Part shown: piece after piece, positions 25,830 through 39,437 of the stretch
Numbering within the stretch: the stretch's first letter is position 1
Layout: the number at the start of each line of letters is the position of its first letter
Source of the DNA: Malacoraja senta
Taxonomy: Eukaryota
Assembly (NCBI GenBank): GCA_038087875.1
Contig: CM075991.1
Location: 11,162,001 to 11,226,000 of the forward strand
Length of the DNA stretch: 64,000 bases
Direction: 5' to 3'
The notes under the pieces: model-generated
Told to the model about the DNA's origin: nothing
Databases searched by the model: none
The model's input: only the letters and a program-made list of their open reading frames with translations
Position numbers and translations under genes: made by a program

Positions 25830-27478
25830 CTGGGTGGGGAAAGAAAAATACATCATTACATGAGCTAGGGACATGCCATCAGCAGCACCACTAGTCTTGT
25901 TATTTTATGTGTGTATAGCAAACATGGAAAATCTGATTTCACCCTCAGCTGGACAAAATGCTGCATTGAACAAAAATGAGTTGGAAGCTGTGTCTCTTGA
26001 GAACAGCCTGAGACAAAAGCAGGAGAATGATTACCGGTAATTCTTGGCACAATTCCATTTTTATGGCTATAAACCTCAAGGAATAGCATGACTCAGCTCC
26101 ATGGTAACTATCATCGGTAGGACAATGGCATGTCACAGCCCTAATGTAACTACAGTCAGTTAAATGTCAAGATGAAGAGAAATTTCTCAGCTAGTCATAA
26201 TAGAAGTCTTTTCGAACTTATCGGTCCCAGTTTTGAGCCAACTTTCAAAAAGCTTCATGGTATTTTACGGCACAACTGGAAACCATTTGGCTCATATTGC
26301 CAGTTCCTCTAAAGAGCACTCCAAGTCATCCCACTCCCCTGGTCTTTTTTACTATGACTCAGAAAATGCTTCCTTTGCAAGTGTTTGGATAAGTGGGATT
26401 GGTATAGACAGGCATGATTGTTGGCACAGGCGTGATGGGCCATAAGGCTCGATAGTACGCTGGTCAATTCCAGATATCACGAAGGATCGATTTATCTAAT
26501 ATCCTTTTGAAAGTTGCTTTTGAATTTGCTTTCATCAGCCTTTCAGGCAACACAAACTGAATTGGACAAAAATTGCTGGAATAACTCAAGTGGGTCAGGC
26601 TGCATCTCTGGAGAACATGGGTAGGTGATGTTTCAGGTCGGGACCCTTCTTCAAACTTTATATCAGCATTTTGTGTTTTGTGTAAACTACCATCTGCAAT
26701 TCCTTGTTTCAACACATGCTGAATGTTATGTAAAACAAATACTCCCTATGCTTTTGTAATTAGCTTAAACCTGTATCCCTAGATTACATAACTTACTGCC
26801 AGTGGAAACAATTTCTCATTTAATTGTAAATACATGCAATAAAATTCCCCTTTGTCTTATCTGCTACACGGCAACGCCAAACTGTCCAGTCTTGCATAAA
26901 AGAGACACATAAGATCATAGATGTTGTAATCTGGAGTAGAAAACAAACTGCTGAAGGAACGCACCTGAAATGCCGATCATCCCTGTCTCCACAATTGCTG
27001 CCTGACTTGCTGAGTTCCTCCAGCAGTTTGTTTGTTATGTCCCTCAACACTGACACCATACTTTAAGTGTGGCTAAGTCAATTAGAGCATTTTCTACAAT
27101 GAAATATTCTGAAAGCATGTCATTGACCACAACATTTCACTGGAAATCTAAGAGCGAGCAATCTGTATTTGAATAAAGTTTTTGTTCTAAATTGGTATTG
27201 AGCAAATTCAGTGTGAAAGGGAGTTTATGTATTAAGTGAAAAAGGCCAATTATAACTTTGGGCAACAGATGAGTAAATATAGTGGGAACAAAATCTGATC
27301 TACGCTGAAGGCTTCATGGAAAGATGTGGTGATAAACCCAAATAACTACTCCCTGTAGACTTGTGCTATGAACTTTAAAGAGGAATATTGCCACCACTTA
27401 AATATTGAGTGACACACAATGTTTTGTGGATTTTCATCCCCAAGCCTGGAAGGTAGAAAGCCTGGAATATTAAATTAC

Positions 27479-27544
27479 CTCAGTTCCTTCAGGAGTTCAA
27501 CACTTTGATGCGTCATTAGGTTGTTTAAAAGCCACTCAAGACAC
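27479..27544 (-). CDS. GMCL1: GMCL1 exon 6 (CLEWLLNNLMTHQSVELLKEL), BACK domain
   Basis: Manual translation; cag/gtaat boundaries; 66 nt. Confidence 0.95.
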
Positions 27545-28703
27545 CTGTAATTAAAAATTATATGATTAAAAAGAAATAGGCTATGGATTCCAGTATATTT
27601 GTGTTTTATACTTATTCTAATAATTAAAAATAAGGTTTGTACTCAGGTTTAGTAATTGTAAACAGATTTAGAAATCAACGCAGATTGTCTGTAAAACCGG
27701 CCCTTTCTTGGGTTCTCTTGGCACCCAAGGGCCTCCTGCCATTAAGCACTCAATAGCAAGGAAATCTTAAGGGTGAACCTTCATCCAACACCTCACAGAT
27801 GCAACATTCCCCAACTAATTTTCACCTTTATAATGAACCAACATATTTAAAACGTTATTAATTCACCAGTTATCGCTATAGCTATATTGCTGTTATCCTA
27901 ACTGATCCACACACTTGAGATAGAATCATGGAAATGTACACCATAGAATTGGGCCCTTTTGGCTCCCCTCACCCTCGCTGACTGTAGTGCCTTTCTCCTT
28001 CAATTCCATTTACTTGCATTAGGCTTATATTCCTATCTAAGTAACTGTCCAGCTGCATTTTAAATATTGGATAGGTAGGTACATTGCACATCTTCTAACT
28101 TTCAATAAAATTGCTCATCCATCTTTGTATTCTTTGTTTTCTATGTATTCTTGCTGACCTTGTTTAATTTTTAGTCCATAAATGGCTCTTTTTAAAATGT
28201 TTGGTTTTCATATCCATCCTTTATGATTTTCCATACCTGAAAAGGTTTGTATGATTGAAACACGCTGCACAATTGAGAGTCTAAACACTAGAAATACATT
28301 TTCTACATTCAGTTCAACTCCTTGAACATAATGGAAGCAGAAAGTACATTGAGCAATAACAGGCCAGATCAGCCAGGGTTAGATGTACCTTCTCTTTGCT
28401 GCAGTAATAAAACTGAACAAGACAAGGGGATGTCTGATATCATAGCAAGTCCTTTCCTTGACATTGAAGAAACAAGCAGACCCATAAATAAGAGATAGAG
28501 GGAGCAAAATTCATCCTTGTTCTTGCTAAATGCAAACAAAAGTATTGCCGTATCTCTGCTGAAGTTAACATATGAATGCATGGAGTGCAATCAATGGGTT
28601 CACAAGACTGAAAGACAGATTTCTCACCTATAATGTTGAAGCAATGAGGCAAAAGTTATAATTTATAATAAAAGGAATATTTTCCCATGCTCAATTTAGC
28701 TTC

Positions 28704-28854
28704 GAAGATAGACACAAAATGCTGGAGAAACTCAGCGGGACAGGCAGCATCTCTGGATAGAAGGAATGGGTGATGTTTCGGGTCGAGACCATTCCTTTTA
28801 TCAAGAGATGCTGCCTGTCCCACTAAGTTACTCCAGCATTTTGTGTCTATCTTC
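28704..28854. repeat. Fold-back (inverted) PLE-derived short repeat
   Basis: GAAGATAGACACAAAATGCTGGAG... / ...CTCCAGCATTTTGTGTCTATCTTC arms of ~60 bp. Confidence 0.8.
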
Positions 28855-28890
28855 AGTGTAAACCAGCATCTGCAATTCCTTCCTACTCAC

Positions 28891-29003
28891 TTTTGCTTCA
28901 CTGAGTCCAAGCCGTAAGTTCCAGCAGCTGCATAGAAGCCACAAACAGTTTTGGAACTGATTGTTTCCTTCATAGTTTCACCACACTGTTGAATCAGACT
29001 GTC
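28891..29003 (-). CDS. GMCL1: GMCL1 exon 5 (DSLIQQCGETMKETISSKTVCGFYAAAGTYGLDSVKQ)
   Basis: Manual translation; aag/gtgagt boundaries; 113 nt. Confidence 0.93.
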
Positions 29004-29476
29004 CTTCAGCAAACAAAAAGAACAAAAGAATTATGAGCAAAGCAGCAAGAAAAGGCAGTAGGAGCTATAATGCTGTTTATGGATAATGAGTTTATGGTTG
29101 ATCTATGACCTAACAGTTTGCCCCAATCCTCTAAACCCTTTGATTAACAACAATATTTACGGAATCAACACTACAAATAAACTTTCTGTCTGATTAGGAG
29201 TGAATAGCAACTATCTCAGGCTGTGGGAGCAGTTTTGTGAGGTTCCGGATCGAGACCCTTCTTCAGAAGCGGCTGATGCTGCTCTGAGACCTGTCTGAAG
29301 AAGGGTCTCGACCTGAAACGTCGCCTATTCCTTCGCTCCATAGATGCTGCAGATTTAGAAATATTAAGACTTCCTTCCAAATCCATTTGACGAGAGGTGC
29401 ATGGATCAAAGTTATAAGTGTGATGAATGTTATGAAGGGCTCCCAATTCAAATGATTCGCTTGTTTTGACTCTTAC

Positions 29477-29574
29477 CAACTGTAGCATACAGGCTGCTGC
29501 CAGAATCGTTACCACCCGGCTGGGCTGGATTAAGACGTCGTCCCTGTACAATGAGCCAAATGCCACTTGCAGCG
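29477..29574 (-). CDS. GMCL1: GMCL1 exon 4 (ALQVAFGSLYRDDVLIQPSRVVTILAAACMLQL)
   Basis: Visible in ORF 29216..29590; tag/gtaag boundaries; 98 nt. Confidence 0.95.
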
Positions 29575-30189
29575 CTACAGGAGAGAACACATTAACATTG
29601 ACAACTCACAAATACATTTATTACGAGCTAAGCAGACTCTCACTCATCAGCAGTAACTTTCCGAAGTACGTTTGGATTCTATTTCCCTTAGCAAACTGCC
29701 CAAATGGGGCACAGAGTTGAGGTAATTGGCTGACAGATAGGGAGAGATGGAAGGGGGGGTTGTCGAACCAATATTTCACCCATTTAGTGCTCTGAAGCTT
29801 ACGAACTGAAATGCTGTAGAGGCAGAAACTCATAATAACTGAAATTATCAGGATAAGCAACTAATGCGCTACGAACTGAGAATGGTTTGATTAGTCCTTG
29901 GAAATGATACAGACATCATGGACTCAAATGCTAGTCTTCTGTTTTTGTAAATTTCAACAATTCTATTATTCTAGTCACAGTGCAGAACCTGGAATACTGC
30001 ATCACATGGTTACTATCAGGAACACCTTTTTCTCCGCTGTTACCACATGATTCAGGTACAGCTTCTTCCCCACTTTTATTAAACTACTGAATGGTCCTCC
30101 CATGAACTATGCGCCATACCTCATTGCAGCCCTTGGACTATTTCTTATCTGCAACTTCTCCATAACTGTAAATCTATAAACTCACACCT

Positions 30190-31575
30190 TTTGTCTCTTC
30201 ATCTCTAGCCTTTGTCCAAAAATCTGATTAGCAACCCCCCCCCCCCCCCCCCCCACACACACACATACCTATCACTCGCCTGGCTTTGTCCTGCCCCTCC
30301 TCTTTACTAGCTTTCTCCCCATCCCTCCCACCATAATCAGTCCAAAGGGTCCTGACCCAAAATGTCACCAATCCACATTCTCCAGAAATACTGCCTGATC
30401 TGTTGAGTTTCAGAGAGGACATGCTGGAGGGTTCATCCACAGCAAATATGGGCAGAGCTCAATAATAAGAAAGTGCAAGGACTACATGTTCATTGGTCAT
30501 AAGAAAGAAAGAGCTTTCATATCAAACGTCTTTCAAAATTTCCAAATGCTTTACAGTTCACAACAAACTTCTTGAAGTCATTGAGGGGGGTTCTAGGTGA
30601 ATTTGAGGCCAAGTAGAAAGTTAGTGGTGAAGTTAATGAAATCAACGAGTTCTGCACGGGTGCGGGAGGAAGCCATGATGTAGTCGTTGACGTAGCAGAG
30701 AAAGAGCTGGGGGATGGTGCCAGTGAAAACCTGGAACAAGGACTGTTCAACATAACTGGAAAAAGGCAGGTTTAGCTGGGGTTCATGCGTGTGCCAATGG
30801 CTACATTTTTTACTTGGAGAAAGTGAGAGGAGTCAAAAGAGAAGTTGTTGACGGTGAGGATAAGTTCCACCAGACAAAGGAGGGGTTAGCAGAGGAAAAG
30901 TGATTGGGTCTCCGTTAAGGAAGAACTGGAGGGCCTTGAGACCTTCCTGGTAGGGGATGGAGCGGTAATTTCCAGGTGAATTTGAGGGCAAGGTGGAAGT
31001 TAATGGTGAAGTTAATGACGTTGACGACACCAAGTGAACATTTGCACTCAGCCTGCCAAGGCCTGCTGGATCTCCCGGTTGTTGACCATTTGAACTCCCC
31101 TTCCCATTCCAATACTGACATTTCTGTCCTGAGCTTCCTCCATTGCCAGAATGAGGATGCACTCAAACCGGGGGAACAGCACCTCATATTCCGCTTGGGA
31201 AGCTTACAACCCAATGGTATGAACATTAAATTCTCCAATTTTAGGTAACCTCGAACGTCGCCCCCACTCCGCTTTCTCACACACACCCTTGCCTTCTTGC
31301 CCCCCGCCCCCCCTTTCCTTTACCCCACCTGGATTTACACCTATTTCTACCCTCCCGTATTCAATCCTCTGGCTTCACAGTTTGCAACTCTGGCCTCAGT
31401 TCTAAACATCTACCTATCAACCCCACCCCCCACCTGTGTTGGTCTATCACCTGCCTCTGCTCTCTCCAAGCTTTTGTCCCCCCTCTCCCTATAGTCTGAA
31501 AAAGGGTCCCAACCCAAAATGTCACCTATCCCATGTTCTCCAGAGATGCTGCCTGACCCGCTGAGTTACTCAGTT
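30190..31575. mobile_element. Rearranged older PLE remnants (RT minus strand, GIY-YIG C-terminus plus strand, degraded 3' ends)
   Basis: YRSIPYQEGLKALQFFL and EQHLIFRLGSLQPNGMNIKFSNFR resemble the PLE ORF. Confidence 0.7.
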
Positions 31576-34500
31576 TCATTTCTTGAAGTTACTGTTGCAT
31601 TTCAAGATTGCTGGAATCTCTCACATTAGGAATTCACCACTCAGTCATCTCTTCCTGCACACATTCAGTCAATTCCCTATGGTTACTCGCAAGGCAGAAG
31701 AGGAGAAAGGGGAAAGGAATAGGAGTGGTGCGACTTATTATGTGGTCTAGGAGCTATGGTGGAGAGGGGTGAGCACCGGCCAAATACTGATACTGCAAAA
31801 TAAACGCTGATCATTAAGATCAAAATCACAAACTTGGAAAAGAGGAAACAAAGAGCAGTCAATGTAAAGGGAAAATTAATAATGTGTTGTTCGAATCCTT
31901 GTGCAATCATAGAGCATTTTAAAATCAGTCAGTATATTGATATTGAAAGTAGTTTAAAATCGCTTAAATGGTCTGGTTAAAATGTTGCGTTAAAATGCAA
32001 CACACGTTGTATTTCAGTGCATAGCAGGTGCTTATTTAAAGCAGTATGCACACTGTTCCTTTGATGCGTGGGGACCTGGAATGGAACCCAGCCAGGGCTA
32101 ATAATGCAAGAGACTGACCTCTAGTAGAGATCAACAAGAAACAGGTTGGCGCATTCCTTTCGGTATAATTAAGCTCAGCACAATGCTGATCATAATTCAT
32201 CTTCCACAAAACATGAATGACACTGACTGCTGTGAAGGATGGATATGATAAAGCATAAAGGAAATAGGATGTGCTGTTGGGGTAGAGTCTGGATGAACCT
32301 AACTACGATGAATAGAAAACAGCAAGAAGAAACAATTTAACAACTCACTGCTCCCACTTATCCTGCCTTTGTGGAACAGTTCATCTGCTTAAGGAAATCC
32401 ATGTTTCTCACATCACAAGATATTGTGTTTCCAAGGTGTACACGACAGCTCTCAGAACTTCTGTTGGAGTTAAGTTCTCCCTCTGCATTTACCCCATATC
32501 ACCAAAACTCTGCTATTTATATTCTTATTCATGTCATTGTAATTAACACCATGCTGTAATTACTGATCTGCCTTTGCTGGAGTATAAAATACTTTTCAAA
32601 GTTCCTGTTCCCTATTTCTACAATCTTCCTTAGTCCTATCAGCCTCTGAGATTTCTGCACTTCACTGATTCTGCTCTCTTGCTCCCCAGTGCCAACTGTG
32701 TCACATAGTACAGATGCTTCATAAGTGTGAGTTGATGTTTCAGCTCCGTTACTTGAAAATAATGACTCCACATGCGTTTTTAATGAAAGTAGAGGAAATT
32801 ATGCATCGTGTGAGCTCGGGAACACCAGGTCACAAAGTGTGGGCATCTACATTCCATCTGCAAAAATGTTTTACATTTATGTTGCATTGACAAACTGATT
32901 GTCATGGTAGAGAATATTATCTTTCCCAATATTGATTGGGAATGCCATAACGCAAGAGGTTTAGATGGAGTGGAATTTGTCATATGTGTTCAGGAAAGTT
33001 TCCTCTGGCAATATGTAGAGGGCCCCACATGGGAGAGAACAAGGATTGATCTAGTCTTGGGAAATTGAGAGGGGCAAGTGGATGATGTATTTGTGGATGT
33101 GCCTTTTGGGATCAGCAACCACAGTTCTATTAGATACTAGTTATGGATAGGGACATAAAATTCGAAATTCAATGCCCATGTCTGCATAGCCAGACACAGT
33201 TCCAACTCCACCTTTAAATTTGCTGATGTACACCACCGTTGTTGGACGAATTTCAGATAATGTTGAATCAGTGTATAGGAAGATCAATCATTTGATTGAA
33301 CAGTGCCAAAACAACCCTGCTCTCAATGTCAGTAAAACAAGTTGATTTTAGAAGAGGAAGGTCAAGGATCCACAAACCAGTTTTGTAGGACTAAAAAAAA
33401 AGGCAAAGCTCAGCTAATGTGGTTTTGTGAAAAAGAAATGATACTTAACTAACATTGGAATTCTTTGACGAAATAATGTGAAGAGGAACCAAGATTTACA
33501 GATGCCATTAGGTTTAGCAGGCATCTGAGTTATAAATGAGTCATTTTCTGTTTGTCAGGGTGTAATGAGCTAGCAACACGTGGATCTATGCTGGAACCTC
33601 AACTTTGTGGAATTAACATAAATAGTTTGGACGCAGGCATTATTTAATCAAAATCTACATGAGATTATGCATTCTGGGATGTCAAATACCAACAGGACAT
33701 ATACAATAAATGGCAGAGACCTCAGTGGTGTGGATGTACAGAAGGACCTTGCGGTGCAAGTTCATAGCACCCTAAAAATGGGCTATATGTGAAGAAGGTT
33801 GAAGACTGGGGATTATGGAAGCTTAAGGTTCATAGATCCTTTACTGGTAGGGCTTGAGCCCTAGGGAGATGAAGGTTAGTTAACACTGTAGTGTTTACAA
33901 TGGCAACTGCATCTTCTATGCATTATGCAACATTCCTCTAGAAAGTGCATTCTGTCACAGAAACCAGCTGTTATTGACGTTGGTTTAATGTTGCTGATCG
34001 GCAACAGCCTGCAGCCGGTTTTCTAAACATAATAGGGATTCATAACCTCAATCTGGTGAGTTAAAGCCTGGCAGATGGAGTTGCTCTGTCTTTGTGCAGA
34101 GGCTCTTCTGCTATAGCTGACCTTTCTGTCATGTGGGAATGAATCAATATTTGCTGAAAGGGATGGAAATTAAAGTAAAAGGAAAGTCATTTTGGCACAT
34201 AATCGCTGAAATGCAAGCACAAAACGAAGGCTTTATTTATTTTACGAATCATCCAGACAGGTTACAATAGAGTTATATCAGATGAAGTGGCTCCATAAAT
34301 AGCCCCATTTAAATTGCTGCACTGCATTGCTTGTATTTTCCTTGTTAGTTCCTAAAGGAACTAAAGACTCATGGGAACTCAAGCTGATTATATTGTCAGC
34401 GGTATTTTGCAATGCAAATTCATGAGCAAAAGTGGTACACAAGTAACAAGTGTAATTTAGGACTCTGATTACTGCAACCAAACACTGCCTTCAGGTTTCA

Positions 34501-35137
34501 GATATGCAGCTTGCTCTTAACCCCTTTAAATGAATCAATGAACTTGAAGCATTAAACCTCAAGAAACAAAATGTTGGAAAGACCCAATTTAAATTATTAC
34601 ATTTAGATTGGTTGGCCTGACATGTGGAGGTTTATGGCATGTGAGGTTGACCCTCAAGGTCAACAAATCAAAGCAGCAAAGGCGTATTAACAGACTGCAG
34701 ATCTAAATCTCCGACCGTTCCGGTTAAGTCACAAAAACAATCAAAGACTATAAATCAATGATGCTCTACATGCTCCACGTTCCAGAGTGGAAAGATGCAT
34801 TCCTTACTTATTATGTCAAAATCATCACTGGGACAACATCTAAATTTTGAACGTGCGCTATACGGACCATAAATCAAATGCAATACACCCATCAAACCAT
34901 CTTTCAGCATTCTGAATTTATTAAGAGAGATCCCAAGTCCATATTTTATGCTTTTGTACAGAATTGGGGGAAATCTGAAAAGGATTCACGTCATTTTCTT
35001 GCTTCTCCCTCTCCCTCTCCCTCTCCCCCTCTCTACATTGCACAATGCCATATAAATCTCAAAGTAATATAAAAGGACAGATCAACTATCGGGCCTTCTA
35101 TATTAGGCCTTGTAATGAAAACTAAATTAAGACATAC

Positions 35138-35234
35138 CCTCAGTGTCGATGTTCTGATCTGGAATCTCGAGTTCTATATAGTTCATATTTGACTCCTTCC
35201 ATGATCCACTGAACATACTTGAAAAGTAACCGGA
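35138..35234 (-). CDS. GMCL1: GMCL1 exon 3 (SGYFSSMFSGSWKESNMNYIELEIPDQNIDTE)
   Basis: BTB motif SGYFSSMFSGSWKES; cag/gtatg boundaries; 97 nt. Confidence 0.95.
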
Positions 35235-35459
35235 CTGTAAAGCATAAATCAACAAAACATTTAAGTGGTGACAATTCAAATAAGGTCTGCACTAATCTGC
35301 AGCAGTCTTTAAGCAGACACTTTTCAATTGTAGGATATAATGACATTTCTTCATGGATGTTTGTCTGGTGCAGCAAGCTTACTGGAGTGTCACTGAGATT
35401 ATTAATTTTGTTCTCATGGCTGGTAGAGTAGAGCTGGTTGAAAGCTTATACACTGAAGA

Positions 35460-36160
35460 CGCTGAAGTGGTGATGGTCGAAAACTTCAGGTTCTGAGGAA
35501 TAAATAAATACCAACAGCAATTTGTCCTGGACTAGCCACATTGAAGCAATGGACAAGAAAGCAGCCAATGCTTCTACTTCCTTAGAAGGCTTAGGACGTT
35601 CTTCATGTCCCTAACAACCCTCACTAACTTTGACAGACGCGCTGTAGATAACATTTTCTTGGGATGCATAACAACATGGTTTGGGAATAACTCCATCCAA
35701 CACCGCAAGAAACTGCAGAGTTGTGGACGTATCCCAAAGTATCACACAAACCAACCTCCCTTCTATTGACTCCATCTACACTTCATGCTGCCTCGGCAAA
35801 ACCACCATCAGACTCAAAGACTAGTCTCATCCAGGTCACTTCCTCTTCTCCCCACTCCCATCAGGCAAGATGCACAGAAGTTTGAAAACATATTCCTTCA
35901 GATTCAGGGAAAGTTTCTTCCCAGCTGTTATCAGGCAACTGAACCATTTCAGGTAACTGCACCAAGTAGAGATCGGTCCTGACCTCCCATCTTTACTGGA
36001 CTTTACCTTGCACTAAACGTTATACCCTTTATCCTATATCTGTATACCGTGGACGACTTGATTGTAATCCTGAATAGTCTGTTCACTGACTGGAAAGCAC
36101 ACAATGAAAAGCTTTTCAATTTACCTCGGTACACGTGGCAATAATAAAAATAAACTAACT
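35460..36160 (+). mobile_element. Rex1/Babar-clade LINE 3' fragment
   Basis: GCITTWFGN-like and LPSG..SFFPAVIRQLN-like remnants; related pieces at 39560-39912(+) and 56320-56970(-). Confidence 0.65.
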
Positions 36161-37282
36161 AAACATCAACCTTCCAAAGTCCAACACTTCACACTTGTTC
36201 GGATTAAACTCTGCCATTTCAATGCCCATTTCTGATCTTGATCTACATCGCACTGTATACGTTGACAGCCTGTATTGTAGTGTGCAAGTCCAGCAATTAT
36301 GTGGTCGTCTGCAAACGTACTAGCCAAGACATCTACATTTACGTCCAGATCATTAATTAGCCAACCAACCAACTCACACCCTCTCTCACACACACACCCG
36401 GAATGTGCTGCCGGGGTTGATGGCTGAGGTAGATTGGATTGTGGCATTTAAGAGACTTTTGGATAGGCATATGGATATGTATGGAATGGAGGGATATGGA
36501 ATGTGCAGATGGATAACTGGGTCTTGGCATCATTGTGGGCCAAAGGTCCTGTCCTTGTGCTGTACTGTTCTGTGTTTAAGACTTGGGTCTATGCAGGAAT
36601 CTGCAAGACATGATACATCGCAAATTCCAAAAAGCCACTGATGTAATATCATATGGCAGATTTCTTCACAAATACGGAGGTGTAATTGATGGATTTATGG
36701 CTTTATAATTCTTGAAAGCACATTCAACTCAGCATTTACAATATTCTGCAAACATTCCATTCACTCTTTAAATCGTACAAAATTACACGGCGATTTTCCA
36801 ATAATTGGCCCCATTCCTGAATGGTAGTGCTCATTTCTACGTAATTGCTCATTTCTTTATTATAATGTTGTTTTTAAACTTCTTGATAATCACGTCTAAT
36901 TCTGTGAAATGCTGTGCAATTTGAAATAACAACTGATCTCTGAATAGCACCATACATTGTAAAATATAAATGCATTTATGTACTCATTCTTGAAGTTTAT
37001 GTTAATTTACAAGTCATGATTTTCCCCTCCAGAGAACACCCATCTTAACCTACAAAATAATTCTACGATTCAACAGGCCCTGAAGCACTCCAGGATTCTG
37101 GCAGTTGGGGATTTGCTACCAACGACAAATATATTGTTAAATATGACATGCATAAGGATTAGTATTGAGTCAATATAAACTCATAAACTGTTAGAAAGAA
37201 AGTTCAGTTCAGATTGAAAGATAAAAGATAGCCGGCAACAATGACCAAGGAAAGCTGGAGCCCATAATGGTCCATTGTTCGC

Positions 37283-37814
37283 TAATTCTTGAGTGGCCAA
37301 GTCAATCACCCGATCTGAACCCAATTGAACATGCCTTTTATATGCTGAAGAGAAAACTGAAGGGGACTAGCCCCCAAAACAAGCGTAAGCTAAAGTTGGC
37401 TACAATACATGCCTGGCAGAGCATCACCAGAGAAGACACCCAGCAACTGGTGATGTCCATGAATCGCAGACTTCAAGCAGTCATTGCATGCAAAGGATAT
37501 GCAACAAAATACTAAACATGACTACTTTCATTTACATTACAATGCTGTGTCCCAAACATTATGGTGCCCTAAAATGGGAGGGAGGGGGAGGGGGAGGGGG
37601 GGGGTGGGTACGGGACTGGGACGGGACATTATATATAAACACTGCTGTAATTTCTACATGGTGAAAGCAAAATGTATAAAAATAGCCTTTATTAAAATCT
37701 GACAATGTGCACTTTAACCACATGTAATATTTTCTATTACAAATCTCAAATTGTAGAGCACAGAGGCAAATAAGTAAATGATGGTCTTTGTCTCAAACAT
37801 TATGGAGGGCACTG
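37283..37814 (+). mobile_element. Tc1-family transposon 3' remnant (IR/DR type)
   Basis: LEWPSQSPDLNPIEH...GYATKY transposase C-terminus; inner and outer repeats CAAACATTATGG; terminus GGAGGGCACTG. Confidence 0.85.
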
Positions 37815-39313
37815 GATGTGTCTTATCTGCACTGATCTTCCCAAGTCCATCTCCTCAGTGAATACCAATTACCAATTACCAAGCACTTTATTTGTCCCCG
37901 AGGGGCAATTTAAACAAACAATACATTTAATCTGCACCGACCGGTCGACCGCATGAGCAGCGACCCGGCAATGGATTGGGTTGTCAGCAGCGATACAATA
38001 AAAAAGAACACACAAAAGGTAACACAAACATCCACCACAGCATTCATCACTGTGGTGGAAGGCACAGATGCAAAGTACTTGTTTAGCACCTCACCAACAT
38101 CCTCCGATCCCAAAGGATCCTTTATTCTTTATTATTCTTGACTCCTTTATTCTTGAGCTATCTTTGCCCTGGTCACCCTCTTGTTTTTAACGTATGTATA
38201 AAAAGCCTTGGGGTTTTCCTAATCCAACTCGCCAATGACATTTCATGGCCCCTTTTGGCCCTTCTAATTTCCCGCTTGAGTTCTTTCTTACTCGCTTTAT
38301 GTTCCTCATAAGTCCATCTAATGCCACTTTCTTAAACCTGACACACGCATCCTTTTTCTTCCAGACCACTTTTACAACCCCCTGGTCATCCACGGTTCCT
38401 TTACCTTGCCATCCTTACCCCTCCTCCCTACTGGAACATGCTAATCCTGCACTTTGAGCAGCTGGCCTAAAAACAACTCCACGTCAGCTGTAGATTTGCC
38501 CTAAAACAATTGCTGTTTTAGCAGTTACTAATCTACCGTCCTTAGCTCCTACCTATTGAGATTGTAATCTGCTTTAAGTACCTTTCCCTAACATCCAGAC
38601 CTATCCCTATTCAAAATAATCTTAAAACCTATGGAGCTGTGGTCTCTATCTCCAAAATGTTTTTCCAGTTACACCAGTCACCTGACCAGATTCGCTTCCG
38701 AATAAAAAGTCTAGCATGGTCCCTCCTCGAGTCGGACATTCCATGTAATGTTTAAGAAAACCCGTTTGGATACACTATTATAACATTTTGCAATTATTCA
38801 ATAGAGCTTTATAACAGTACATACTTGAGTTTACAAATCATTATTTAATGCAGTTAAGAATCTAAAGAAAGATAAACTGACAACGGCTATTTTGCCCTTG
38901 ACAATCCTTTGCCATTGGATTAGATCGAATCTAAACATCTATGCAACATGTTTCTGCATAATTCCCACATTTGTTGGTCACAAAATTTATCAATCTCTGT
39001 CTGCAATATATTGGTTACTAGGTATGCAGAATCACCTAGCTAGAAAATACTAAAGTTCCACATGCCTCTACAAAGAGTAATCTAAATCATAAATGTGCAA
39101 CCCCTTAATCCTCTAGTCCTAGTCCTTATTCATAAACTGGACATAACAGCCTCCCATGTTCTATCCTCTCAACTGAAATAATTACTTGAATCTGTTGAAC
39201 TGGAGAATCTGAATTATAAAAGGTGTTGGTATACGTAGATGGCTTGTGGAAAAATAGCAAACAACATTGCTACTTTTGCAAACACATGATAAACAAAGGG
39301 TTTAATGCCCTAC

Positions 39314-39437
39314 CTGACAGAGATATATTTTGTGTAAGTGCCATTCTTGTCCCAGAGCACAGATGGTGATATCACTGTTTTCTCCAGCGAGGAAGAGAGT
39401 CTGATAAATGTACTTGGAAGTGCTTTTTAGCTTCTTT
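39314..39437 (-). CDS. GMCL1: GMCL1 exon 2 (KKLKSTSKYIYQTLFLAGENSDITICALGQEWHLHKIYLCQ), start of BTB domain
   Basis: Manual translation matches GMCL1; cag/gtagg boundaries; 124 nt, phase consistent. Confidence 0.95.
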
